Source: the human T2T-CHM13v2.0 reference genome, Homo sapiens. From it: a stretch of DNA of 64,000 bases. This document shows positions 41,198 to 55,410 of the stretch, in pieces (the first letter of the stretch is position 1; the number at the start of each line of letters is the position of its first letter). Below the pieces are notes generated by a model that had not been told where the DNA came from, searched no databases, and worked only from the letters and a program-made list of their open reading frames with translations. The stretch lies in the NCBI RefSeq assembly GCF_009914755.1, contig NC_060930.1. One strand, given 5' to 3'. The translations under genes and the position numbers were made by a program.

Positions 41198-44100
41198 TAG
41201 AAGTGGGACTCGGAGGTCTGAGATCATGAAGCTTGAAACTGTCCCAGAAATGCCAATAAGAAGAGACAGACACACAACTGGGCAGCAGGCTTGAGATTGG
41301 CATGTTGGATTGGTGGGCACTCCACTCTTCACCTGCACACTGGCTAGGAAACTGGCTAAATGAACAGGGTTAAGAGGGTGCTGTGCACACAGGGGGATCT
41401 TCACATTATTTCTGTTGCAAAACATTATCTGCCTCCGAGTCAGCTTGGGCCTCCATTTCCAGCAGTGAAGAGAGGCCCAGGCAGCTGGGTAAAGGCCAAG
41501 AGAGGTAAGCAAAGACAGGCCTCCATTTTTAGGGCTCAAACTGGGAATCCCTGTCTGTGTCTTATATTTCCTCTTCCACCCTAAAGTGCAGAGTTCGGGA
41601 GTTTAAGACCAACCTCTCTGAGGATCTAGAGGCACTAGGATGGGTCTAGATCTGGTTGGGTGATGACAGAGCAGGGGTCTCATGTCCTGGTCCCACCTGG
41701 GGAAAAAGGGAGAGTCATGCTCAACAAGTTGAGGAGAACCTTCCCAGCCAACAGCCCTGGCCTTGGGATTCTCTTTCTCTGATTTGACTCTGCTCCTGGA
41801 ATCACTGCTGGTGGTGCCGGCCCTTGAGTGGGGCAGGGGGCGGGGTATGCTAGGAACATGGAGAAGCAGGGCTCTGTGTGTACCTCCCTGCTCAGTAGCC
41901 CACTCCTGCCTCATGCGTGCACACGTGTGTGTACCACAGTACCCTCATGTGCTCCTCCATGGCCCTGCTGTCTCTCCCAAGTTCACCCTGGGACTCTGCA
42001 CTCCTTCTCCCACAGCCCAACTTCATAACCCTTAAGGGGCCTTTTCCCATCATATTCCTTGGAGCCAGAAGTCAGACTGGAAGCAACACCATCAGAAGCC
42101 TGACTCCCCTGCACAGAGCTGGTCAGCCAGCGCTAAAGCAGGAATGGAAGAAACCTGGTTTAAGTCCCAGCCAGCCCATTAACCAGTGGCATGACCTTGA
42201 CCAAGTCATGAGCCTGCCTGAGCCCTGGCCTCCTTGGCACCTAAAGTACAGAGTTGTTAGGATCAGGTGCAATTTGGGTGTGCAACACATGCAGCTCATT
42301 TGTTGATGTGGATGTGAGTGGAACAGAGGACTTCAAAAATCACTTTCTCTTGCCAGCAGTGGAGACTGGAGCAGGGAAGGGCCTGACTCCCTTCCCTAGG
42401 GAGATATTCTTCAGGAGTTTGCTGGCATCTCCCAAGCCTTCCTAAGCACGTTCTCTGGGGAAGAGACCCACAGAGTCTGTGCCATTTGCTGGGGACAGAA
42501 GGTTAAAGGGCAATATCCTAACCTTTACCAACATAATAGCAAAACACACCCCACCAGAAATCTCCAAGGCCACCCATTTTATATGGCCAGCTCTTCCATC
42601 TCTGTGACTGTGCAGACAGAGTTATGAAGAATTTTAAATGTAGGGGTTGGGGAGTACTGAAACTGGGAAGTTTCTTTTAAAAAATTTCTGAAAATGAAGA
42701 ACGGACACAGTTCTCTGGATAACTGGGGAAATGTTTAGGGTGGGGAAAGACAGAACTGTCTGTACTGATCAGGTTTCTTGGTTCTGCGTTGCACATGAGC
42801 CATGTTTTCCCATCTATATTCCACATTCCAGTTATTCCTGTTTGTTTTGGGGAATATCCCACAGTCCTGGAAAATCCTATATCTGTTTCACAAATAAACT
42901 GGGGTGGGGAGTTGGAGGCAGGCAGAGGGCTGTTTTATCCATTTGGGCTCACTATGGGCAGAGTGCCCAGGGCCAAGGAACATATTTGAGACTTAAAAAA
43001 GGTTTTGTTGGCTCCAAACTATGAAAAGAACCTTGCAAAATTAAAATTACAAGATTTCCAATTAAAATGAAATAGTCCATGGGCTATTCCTCTGCCCTGA
43101 ATGTGTGAACGAGGCTTTTGGGGGAGCTTCAAGGGTAACATTTTCTGGTCCCCAACAACAAATGTTCCTACTTGTAGGATAAACAAGTATGGGAAAGAGA
43201 GCCTGGCCCTTTGGGTTCCTGCTCCTTCTCAACCTCAACCTGAAAGGACTTAGAGGACAAACCAATGCCTTTCGTCTCTGGTGCTTTGGGGTCTTCACAT
43301 ATGCTGTGTTGTTATCTCACCATCCCTGCAAGGTGGATATTATTATTCCAGTTTCACAGATGAGACAGCCAGAGGTAGGCACTGAGTTGTCAAGACGGCA
43401 CAATAAAGGCTGCGTAGACCTCACTCTCCCAGTTCCTAGTTCAGGGCTCAGCACACCTGCCCCTTTGCTGCTTCTCCATCACACAGTCGCTGTGGGAAAT
43501 GGAGGCAGCGAGGCCTCGAGCATAGTGGATGCTAAGGAAATGTCTGTTGATGAGTAAATTAGAGCATTTCATTTCCAACCTGAAAGGGTTCTGTGATAGA
43601 AAAGCAACGCTGCCCGCTGGCCCTAAGTAGCCACTCTAGTGCCATCTGCAAACTCGATAGGAAGTGGGGTAGGAGAGGGTCTGTGGACCACACGCTGGTC
43701 CCATTCTCCTCGTATTCTCTGTGGCTCTCCAAGCTCCTCTGCCTTTGTCTGTCTGTTGGTCCTTGTCCCTCTGCTCTCAGTAAACAAGCCCTGGAAATGC
43801 AATCCTGGCCTTTGGGAGTAATGAGTTGACAGAGAGGAGAGAGATAAACAGGGCGAGTCAGAAGTCAGGCCTGTGACAGGACTTTAGGCTGAAACAAACA
43901 GTGCTGAAGAGGGTGGCCACGTCACTTTGGAACAAGAGCAGGCACTTGTTTCCATGCAACGAGCAGGCTGGGAGCTTGTTTAAACAGAGGCTGGGGGGTG
44001 ACCTGGCTTGGCTGCCAGGCCAGGTCTGACTAGAGGGAGAGGGTCCTTGGCTGGCTGCCCCATTTCAGCCCTCAAGGCCCAGCTTCCACCTCCTTCATCC

Positions 44101-45104
44101 CAGCCTGGTCATTGGTGAGTGACAGAGCCATATCACCTCCACGCTGTCTTTGGGGCTTTCACCAAGTCTGCAGTCTTATGCCCTATGGGGAATCTGTCTA
44201 CCCTGAGGAGAAGGTGCAGGAAGTACAGTAGGCTCTGGAGCAGTCAGTCAAGCTGCAAACACACCTTCAGTCTTACTTTGCACTGGGCTCCGTGCCGGCC
44301 AGCTGGCATTGGTGATCCCCAGCTGCTGTTAAAGAATACCCTAGACCATAGACACACCCGTGGCCCATCCGTCCCCTCCCTCGCCAAGGCAAATGCTTCT
44401 ACCACAGTGCCCCTCCCTGCATTTTACCCTATGGGATGGCTCTTTTCTTCGAAAGTTGCCCTTGTGTTTTATTCTAATCTGATTTCACTTGTATGAAAAT
44501 GTTCCCAGTGTGGGGATTTTCTCAGGGACCCCACAAATACCCTTAGGACTCTCTCTGATAGGGGCCATGAAGCCTAGGAGAAGTGTGTGCCAGATTTTGG
44601 GAGGGGAGGTCTTGGGGGCTGGTCTGGGTGCGCTGGCCAAGTTGGGGCCAGGAGGGCCGAGCTGGTGGGGTGGAGGCAGGCAGAGCCGCTGGCGGCGGTG
44701 CTGAGGCCACGCTGAAAGGCGTCCTGGGCCTCTGGAGTGCGCACTCCCATTGTCCATGGGTTGCGGGGGTGACAGGTCAGCGAGGGTCACGGGAGGGTTG
44801 CCTAGCGTCTGGGAACTCCCACTGCAGTTGCCGTGGCAACTGGGCCAAATCCCATCCCGTTCACATCCTGTGAGGAGATTCAAAAGGGTTGGGGGGCTTT
44901 GCACATTAATGGGCTTTTACCTCACCCCCCCTTCAAAGAGATGGGGGGAATGTCAGGCAGTTGGGGGAGGGGAGAAGAAGAATGGGAGAGATTTTTCTTT
45001 CCTTTTCCTCCCCCATCTGGGCCTCCTCTGCCCAAGCTACTTAGAGGGATGACAGCAGGGGAAGGGGAGGATTCAGAGGGTGAATTTGCCCCCCACCACC
45101 CCCT

Positions 45105-45105
<1 letters not shown>

Positions 45106-45151
<46 letters not shown>
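45106..45151. repeat. (AC)23 microsatellite
   Basis: Perfect dinucleotide run. Confidence 0.98.
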
Positions 45152-45154
<3 letters not shown>

Positions 45155-48100
45155 GTCAACAGTTGTCTTTGGTCTGCAGGTCCAGGGCCCATTTCTCTTC
45201 AGGACTGCTGGCTGTGTGCCCCAGATTCTACTGTTTCCTGTCTGATCCCACACCTTCTGCATTCTCCTTTTTCTTCTGGAGAATGAGCCCCTCCCGTGGA
45301 GGAGCCATGGCATGGAGGGAGAGTTGGGGCCCGCACTCTCCAGAGGGGAGGCTTACGGACATCACACCAGTTCATACCAGCTGCTGGGGAATGCTCAGAA
45401 ACTGCCCTTTCCTCCTTGGCCTGACACAGTGAGAGAAGGACAGGTGGGAGGTGGGAGGAGCTGGGGAGTGCTGTGGCTGGGAGAGGGCCTTAACCATCCC
45501 CCTTGTTGTACCCCTCCCAGGTCCCTGAGAGCCAAAGACCGCCCTGTTTCCTATGTTGGAAAATTCCCCTAGGAGGGCAGAGGGCGGGGCTGGGGCCTGG
45601 AGGAGGGATCTGCAGACCCCTGCTTTCTTGGGACTAAAAGGAGCCAGCCCACTCTACCAGCAGGAGAGCCCCCAGCTTCCCTCCTAATATGGAATTCTGA
45701 AATCCCTCTTCTTCCCTCCCTCACCTCCCCTTCATGGCAGAATTCTTTTCCCTGCTGATTAGAACTGGGGATACAGAGGAGAATTTGGGGAAGGGAGATG
45801 AATGTTCCTTCTGAGAAAGGATTTATCTTGAGGATTGAAGCGGGGAAGGCTGCATCCTAGGGTCACCTCATCAGGGCAGAACTTGGCCTGGAACCCTCAG
45901 TGGGAGAGCTGGCTTTTCCCCTGGGGGAGCACCTTTATTCTGAGAAGGCCCAGTAGGAATCTTCAGGACGAGAACTGCATCCCCCACCACCACTGCCCCC
46001 ACTCCAACCCTACATTGCAGAGGTGGCTAGAGTGAAGCGGCTCAGAACCCAAACCCCAGCACAGACCCACTTCCAGAGAACTCCACAGATACTGGTGGGA
46101 GGGATGTATGTCTGGTAGCCACCTCCAAATGCCACCAAGAATGAGGAAAGTGATCACGGGAACTTTTGCATCACTGCCACTCGGTCACCCACCACCACCT
46201 TGGTGATTTCACCTCCTTGCTGGAGGTCAGAGAGTTCCTTCCAGGCACTGAGGACTCTCCCCCTCATGACACCCTGCAGAGCTGGTTTTGGCTGCAGGAG
46301 CTGGATGAGCCCTGGGCTGCATCATTGCTAGAAGCAGGCAGAGGCCGGGCACTGCTGGTGCGAAGCCTGCCTGAGTTTGAGAGCAGTGGTTCAGGGAATG
46401 GAGAGAATGAAGGAGCCTTTTGAAGGATCGCAGTTCCTCATCCACGCTGTTGAGTTCAGCTGTAAATTCTCATCTCTCTGAGGCCAGAAACTAGTTCCTT
46501 ATAGAGAGGAGGCATTTTCAAGGCACTTGGTAGGGAAGGCGTCCTGAAATCGGGGCTGTACACCCAGGATGTGAGTCGTCTCCCACCCACGTGGGCCTGT
46601 CTGTGTCTGTGCGTTGCTGGTTTTCATTTTAATGGTTCTAATTTGAGAATGCGCCGATGTCATTTTTACGAGGTTGGTGTAAAAAAATTTACAGCCTTTT
46701 CCAAAAAGCTTTTTTTTCCCAAGGGAAAAAAGTGCGGAATAACTTCAGGGGTTTTATGGTCTCCTCTCCCCACCTTCCTTGTCCCCCCTCTCTGTGTAAT
46801 TTCATTTTTATGTCTCTTTGCTGGAGGACAAAGCCTGGCTGGTCAAGAACTTTCCTCCCCCCAGGTCAGTTCCCTCAGTGGTCAGGACCACTAATCTCTA
46901 ACTCCTCCTTCTTGTACCCCTTTCTTCCACCCTCTGGTCCCTGAGGAGTTGCATTTTGAGGGGTAGATGAAGCGATATTCCTTCTTTACTTTGAACCAGT
47001 GAGTGCTTATTAGGCATCCATTGTTTACCAGCAGTAAGTATCTACCCCGAAAGACTGTATCACTTCCTACTCAAAATCCTTCAGCGATTTTTCAAGTGTA
47101 TAATGAAATAAAAAATCATTGTCCCTGTGTAATCTGGCACCTGCACACCTCTGGGACTTCTTCTCAGGCCACTCTTCTCTTGGCCACACTGGCTTTTCAA
47201 TTCATAATGCACCCAGCTTTTCCCACGGCAGGGCCTCGCACCATGTGTTCCCTCCACCTCAGATACTCTCCCTTGGAAGAGTTGCCTCCTCCTGATGTTG
47301 TGTCTCCTCAGAGAGGCCTTCCCTGGCCACACACCCTAGAGCCAGCCAGCCAGCCAGCCTCCATGGGACACTCGCCACCAGCTCAGAGTTTGCATGTCTC
47401 TTTGTGTAGTGTCTGTCTCGGCCCATTAGAACGTGAGCCCCGTTAAAGATGCTGAGTCCCCAGTACTGAGGACACTGTGAGTGCCCTGTGGGGCTTAATA
47501 ACCACTCATTAAATTGTTAAATTAATAGTCATGCTGTGGTTCTGGAGGTAAAGGTAATAGGCTTTCCTGGGGATGCTTTTCTGGCTCAGAATGGGGCGAG
47601 GTGGGCCAGCACCCTCAAATACCCTTCTAGTCCCTTCTTTTCCTAAATCCAGCCAGTTCCCAGTGAAAATTAATTATGGAGACAATTTAGATAAGATTGA
47701 ATCCCAGTTTTGCCAAAACCAGCCAGAGGCAGACAAAGGAAGTTTGGAGTTTGTTTGTTTTGGCTGCCCCTCACCACAATCCAAATTAAACCAGAATTTG
47801 CTAGTACCTCCTCCATCCTGCCCAGCCAGCGCTTGGTTTCTCTTCCCTGTGCAGAGCCCAGTTTCAGGTCTGGTACATTCAGGTTCTGCTTTTGCCACTG
47901 TGTCCCGTTGGGCAAATCATTGCCCATCTCTGGATCTCTGTTTCTCCATCTATCAGTGAACTAGAAAATACCTATTTTTTGACCCACTAAATTGATATTA
48001 TGACCCACTACTGGGCCATGAGCAGCAATTTGAAAAATACTGGACTAGATACCCTCTAACACTTGCAGCTCTCCAGGGGTTGTGGCCCAAGCTCTTCGAC

Positions 48101-48689
48101 TTCTCATTCTCAACAGCCTTTCAAGCTTGTCTCCCTGATTATCACGTCCCTGCCCTCCTGCACACACAGAGAATAAGGCTGGCACCCCAACACAGATCTG
48201 GGATCCTCCAGCCTGCTGAAAGGACTGGTAAATAGCCCCGCACCTGGCTTCCTGAGAGAGAATGACCCCTCTCCCACCCCCCACTCCACCAACCCCGAAT
48301 TCCCAGAACCAGAAATGGGAGTGTGGTCCTATCCTGGAGGGGAGAGAGAGACCCCATAGCACCGAGACTTGTTTTTCTATTCATAGCAGCTCCCTGTTGC
48401 CCTCAAAGCTACAGCTTCATTCTCCACCATCCCAACCGCCCTCCCTGGATGCCATCCGTTATAAGCCATTTGTTCCTAATTGCGGAGATCCTGCTAATGA
48501 CTTCTGAATGGGGGATGGGGGGAGGAGAGTTCAGCTTCATTAGCGAGACTGAGTTCTTAAGCTTGAGGGGGAATGGGGGCTGGGCTGGAAGAGGGTTTGG
48601 TTAGCAAGGCCTTCTGGGTGGCACCAGGCAAGTGACCAGGAGCTGCTGGTGAAAGATCAATCATCATAATAGCGTTCGTCCAGGACCTA

Positions 48690-48870
48690 CTGGGTGCCTG
48701 GCAGTGTGCTAAGTACTCCATGTGCACAGTCCCACATGCTGTTCCCAGGAACCCCATGAAGAAAGTATGGGGTTGTTCCAGTTTTGCAGAGGAAGAAACG
48801 GAGGCTCAAAGAGATGGTGACTTGCCCAAGGTTACCCAGCATACGGTGGAGCCAGAACTTGGATCCAGAT
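48690..48870. mobile_element. MIR
   Basis: ttttgcagaggaagaaacggaggctcaaagagatggtgacttgcccaaggttac. Confidence 0.75.
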
Positions 48871-49980
48871 CTCTCTTGACGTCCATGCATGAATGGACAG
48901 TACACCTCCCTTAGAGGAAAACTGGACATCATCCCCAAACCACAGAGCTGGACATTTGGTTTTCAGTCCAAGGGGTAGAAGGAGGAAAAAAATGAGGTTC
49001 AAGAGGCCAAATGGCTCCCAGTTTTCCACTCTGCCTAAGCCCCCTCTTCCTCCTCCCCTAGGTTTTCCATAATGGCTTCTTCCTGGTGTGGGTATCTGAA
49101 CACCTTTCTCACCCAGGGCTGTGTTTGGGTATCTCTTGCCCTTAGGGAAGGGAAACTGAGCCCAGTTTTCCCCTGGAGTTTCCTTTCTTGGTCTTCTTCC
49201 TCCACCTCCACCATCTTCACTTCCCCTTCTCACTGGAGGGCTGAACACATGCAGATTAGGGGGAAGGCAGATTTGAAGGCCTCGCTGGACTGTGCATGGG
49301 ATCATGGAGACCCCTCAGTGGAGTAAGCCCTGAGCAGTCAGAGGTGTTTGGACTCTGCCACTTCCTAGCTGTGGAACTTCAGGCCTCAGTTTCCTTGTCT
49401 GTAAAATAGGGATATCAATACCTGCTCCACCTAGCTCAATGTTGTGAAGCTTCAATTAAATGTTTGAAAAAGTGCTTTGAAAACTGCAAGGCAAATGTTA
49501 GCTGTTAAGCTTAGTGTCAGCCTGTGCCAGCCTCCCGTATTCAGCCTAGACTAAAATGAGTTTTGTGAGTGGGTATCACATGTCTGCTGTGTGCTGGTGG
49601 TTGGAGATGGGGGTTCACAGCTACAGTTGACAACATCTGTGCTTTCAAGGAGGCCCCAGTCTGGTTGGCATATTCAAAGAAAGTGGGGCTGGGGATCTGC
49701 CGGAGTTAGGACTCATTATTTCCCACGTCTCTCTGAGGTGGGCAGTCCAGTGATCTCCAGGCCGCAGTGCCAGCAGGCAGTGTGAACACATCTGGTGCAG
49801 CAGCGTGGTCGATGTGACCCTCCTCGTTCACCGTGTTAACTCGCCCTTCAGATGGCGAGACTCCAGTTAGTGCTGCCACCACCTCTGGGAAGCCTTCCGA
49901 GACTTCCCCAGGTAGAAGAAAGCCTTCTCTGACCCCTGGCACTCACCCCCACTTCAGGCTGACTAGTTTCTTATCATTCG

Positions 49981-50300
49981 TGTTTTGTTTTGTTTTGTGT
50001 TTTGTTTTGTTTTGTTTTTTGAGATGGAGTCTTGCTCTGTTGCTCAGGCTGGAGTGCAGTGGTGCCACCTCGGCTCACTGCAAGCTCCACCTCCCGGGTT
50101 CACGCCATCATTCTGCCTCAGCCTCTGGAGTAGCTGGCACTGCGGGCTCCCACCACCACGCCTGGCTAATTTTTTGTATTTTTAGTAGAGACGGGGTTTC
50201 ACCATGTTAGCCAGGATTGTCTTGATCTCCTGACCTCATGATCCGCCTGCCTTGGCTTCCCAAAGTGCTAGGATTACAGGCATGAGCCACTGCGCCTGGC
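49981..50300 (-). mobile_element. AluY-like with (GTTTT)n tail
   Basis: gcaagctcc, ttcacgccat, ttagccaggat diagnostics; TSD tatcattc. Confidence 0.93.
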
Positions 50301-52479
50301 TATCATTCTTTATATTAGAGGCTATCATCACAGAACCTGAGCTGTGAGCCCTGGGGGGGCAGAGGCCACATTCTGTTTCTGTGTATCCCCAGCCCCTAGC
50401 CTGGTCCCTGGCACGCAGCAGGTACTTCATAGATGTGAGAAGAGTGGTGAGTGAGGACCCATGTATGAGAAGGAATGGTGGGAAGCTGAGGGAGGGGAGC
50501 CTTGGCCAGACCTAAGGTCTTACCTGGCTCTCATCTGGCCTGGTCTTGGCAGGAAGAAGGAAAGGGGTTGTGGGTAGGGGGTGTAGGGGGAGGAAGGGCC
50601 TGTCACAGGGAGGGGGAGGTCTCAGGAATGAGACTGCAAGGCCTTGCCATTTTTTTCCTGTAAATCATGTAATTTCATGCTCCAGGGGACCACAAAGTAA
50701 GAGAGTCAGTGGGGAGTCAACTCCCCTGGCCACCCCCCACCCCACCCCAGGAGACTGAGCAGGGCTCTGCCCCCAACTGCCCCCAGGAGCCCCTCCCTGC
50801 TGTTCCCTCCTGTCCCCCGGGGATCTGGAGTGTGTCATCTCCCCACCCCAACCAGTGTCCCTTTTGGGTCGCCTGGGCTGGCCAGCCTCTCTGAGCCATC
50901 TTCTTCCCCTACCCTTGTGCCCTGGCCTCTGACCCCTGTACCCCCTCAACCCTACTCTACCTCCACCTTTGGAGGACAAAGAGCACTTGTCAGTAGACCT
51001 GGAGGAGTTTGTAAAAGCAAGGTAGTAGAGGCAGGGGCTCCTTCCTAATGACCACCTGACTCCCTGCCCTTCCTCACCCGCAACCCCCACCCCCACCCTT
51101 CCTCCTCTTTCCGCAGAGCCTTTTGACTTAGAAAGGTCAGATTTCTGCTTTCTGAAGTGAATCTGGAAGAGGAGAAACATCCTGTCCCCCTCTGGAAGCC
51201 CAGGGCACTTCTCTGGGTGTGACATCCAGGGAAGGAGGTGGGGTGGGGGTGGCCTGTGAGGAGCACACCAATCTGAGCTCCAGGTTTGCTGCAGGACACC
51301 TTCCCGTCAATAGGCCAGTGCATATTTAGTTGCCCTCCTAGGGTAAACTAGATTTAAAGCCTCAGGAGGCTCGGCTGTTTGCACTGATGATGAACGGACG
51401 CGAAGGTGGTTGTGTGTATATGCTTGGTACACAGTGGTCACTCTCTTTGCTTGTTGAGCGATGATGGGTGGTGCAGCCATATCCCACCTTAAAAGGTTTT
51501 GCCTTGAAGGTGCTTGTGGTGGGGTAGGAGAATAGGGGCCCATACAGAAAAAACAAGTGTATGTGTGGACAGATGTGAGAGAGAGCCACAGGCGGGCGCA
51601 TTTCGTCTAATAAGTGCGCAGGGCACGAGGCTATGTTGGGGAGAGGCTGGAGGAGGTGAAGTGGAGAATTGTGGAGAGATTAATGAGAGCCGAAGGGAGT
51701 GAATACTTCCCGAATGCCAACTGGATGCCAAACATTGGTCCTTTAATCCCCCTAGTAATTTGGAGATGGGTAGTTTCCCAGTTTTGCAGGTAAGGAGACT
51801 GAAGTGCAGAGAACTGGAATAACTTGCCCAAGGTCGCAGCTGGCAGGCCGCACAGCTGGGATTCAGACCCAGGACTGCCTAAGGTTGGAGCCCTGTGTCA
51901 AGGGCTTAGACACACCTGCACTGGCTCCCAAGGGGGTCTTGAGCAATCTGGAAGCAGATAAATTTTGTGCTGCTGAAATGTGGATTCAGAACTTGCCTTC
52001 AAACCTCCCACTGAAGCATAGTGAGGACATAGAGGGCTTGACTGGCCTCATAGATAATTTCCTGGGCCCTCCTGACCCCTCACTCCTACCAGACGTCTCA
52101 CTGCCCATCAGTTTACCTTCCGGGCCCCTCCTACTCCTTGACTGTCACACTGACCCACTGGAGTGATTCCTCCAGCAATCTCCATATGCCTCCCACTCGT
52201 ATGACCCCTCTGGCTCAGTTCAGTCTAAGCCACTGTGGCCACCAAGCCCACAGCACGATGGTCCATGCATCTCTGCTGATAGTATACCTTTCAGAACTTA
52301 ATCTAATTCCTCCAGCAGCATGCATGTACAATCCTTGAACTCAGAAAGTCACACGGTACTCAGACCTTGTGCCACTGACCCCAGGGCTCTTCCCTCATCC
52401 TCCCAACTGTGTGCTCTGGCTCCACAGTGAATGCTACTTTTTAGCCCCCAGACTGACCACCCAGTAAGGCAGTTGGCCT

Positions 52480-52690
52480 TGGAGCCAGGCTTCCTGGGCT
52501 CAAATCTTGGCTCTGATGCCGCCTAGCTGTATGATCCTGGGTAAGTTACTTAACCTCCTGGAGACTCCGTTTCCTCATCTGCAAAATGGGGCAATAATCC
52601 CTACCTTACAGCCTTACAGAGGAAGATTAAATAAGCTCTTGCCTGTACAGTGCCTGACCCATAGTAGATGCTCAACAAATAGTACTGATT
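52480..52690. mobile_element. MIR
   Basis: ctgggtaagttacttaacctc...gtttcctcatctgcaaaatggggcaataat. Confidence 0.8.
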
Positions 52691-52929
52691 TACTAATGCC
52701 CTGAGTCAACCCCCTTTATTTTCCTCTAAGAGTCCCTTTTTGACCATGGGCCCTTCCATTTGCTGTCCCCATTGAGTCCTAACAAAACTTCACTGGGTCC
52801 CAGGCTGAGTCTGTAGAGGCTCTGATCCCTGAACCCCAACAGCTCTTCTCAGTGACTTCTACTACCCTTACCCCAAGCCCTTATGGACCCATGACCCTCT
52901 CACCCCCAAGACCTTCCACCTTACCCTGA

Positions 52930-53304
<375 letters not shown>

Positions 53305-54859
53305 TGATCAGCCAGACCTTCCGCTAGCTTAGCCTCTTTGTCCCTGTCACTCAAAGTTTGTCTGCAGCTCTCCCTGTCTCTTTGTACCTCTCTCACTGTT
53401 TGTTCTCCCCTGCCTCTTCCCTTCAGGGTCTCTCTTGGTCACTTCTCATGTTTCTGCGTCCCTGTCGGTCACTCCCTCTGTCCCTCTGTGTTCCTGTGTC
53501 TGGGGCTCAGCCCCTCCCAGGCCATCTCTGTTGCTGCAGTCACGTCACCAAGTCCCCCCTTCTCTTATCCTCCCCCCTTATCCCTCATCCACCAGCTCTC
53601 TCGCAGTCTCTCCATGCTTCCTGTCTCTTGATGTCTCTCTGTCTCTTTTGTTTTCCTTTGCACAATCTGCCCTTTTTTCCCCTTCTCCCTTCCCTCCAGC
53701 TTGCCAGCCCATCTGGCTGGCTGGGGGAGGGGAGATCTGTGGGGGGTGGGCGGGGGGTGGGGGAGCCAGGCCTTCTGTTTACCTTTTGTGTCACAAAGAA
53801 CTTGGGAGAATTGCAGTCTGAGTCCGGGTTGGGTCACTACTCGGGCAGCCACTCCCCTCCCCCTCTGCCCAGCAGCCCGGGATCCATGCTCCCCCCACCC
53901 CTCCCCCAGCAGAGGGAGGCTCAGAATTGGGGAAGGGATTAAGCCAGGCTTTGAAAGGAAGTTTATCTAAGGGAAGAAGGGTGAGTATGGTTGGTTCTGA
54001 GCTGGAGGTGCTCTGGAGTCTGGGGCTGGGTGCTGAGGGAAGTGAAGAGGAGGGTGGGGTGGGTGCAGGGTGCTCAGAGAAGGACCCAGGACCAGGCTTT
54101 GTCCTGGGTGGAGATTCCAGTGCTCTGACAAAGTCTGAGTTTTATGTAAAACAAGTTTATGTTTGGAAAAAGTTCAAGGTGCCCAACAGATGTGCAGCCT
54201 TAACAGTAACCCTCTTAAAATTCTTGACCCTAAGGAGACAACCCTCAAAGGGGAGGAGCTGGGCAAAGATCAGGGCGTGGCCTGGGGTGGAGGAGGGGAA
54301 GACACAATCTGGAAAGTCAATAAAGAGAGGAAGAGAAAGATCTCATCAGAATGAGATCTAAAAGGTTCTCATACCCATGCTGGTCAGGATTGGGCCTCTT
54401 TAAATTAATGATCCCCACATACAATCCCAGGGTTTGAAGTGGTCCTTGGGCTTCCACTCTGAATCCTGCCCGCCCTGGACCCAGCTTAGAACAGGAAGGA
54501 GTAGGCTGGACAACAGCAAACGTTCCCCCAAACCAGAAAGGGGCTGCTGACCCAGGGGTAGGAGGGTAGGAGCTTGATGGTAGTGGGAGGGACTGGGGTA
54601 AGACATCCAGAAGGACTGCTCAGCTGGGGATTAAGGGTCACAGATCTGAAATAATTGAGAGCTGAAGGGAGACTATGGAATCTTCCTTAGGAAACTCCCT
54701 CCCTCCAAAATAAGAGAGGCCTAGAGGTTTCAGAGTCAGAAAGACAGATAAAATGATGTTTTTCTCAGGCCTTCTCTCTCCTTGTCTCATTACTTCCAAA
54801 AATTCATTGATTGATTCATTCATTCATTCAACAAATACTTACTGAGTACATCCCAAACT

Positions 54860-55410
<551 letters not shown>

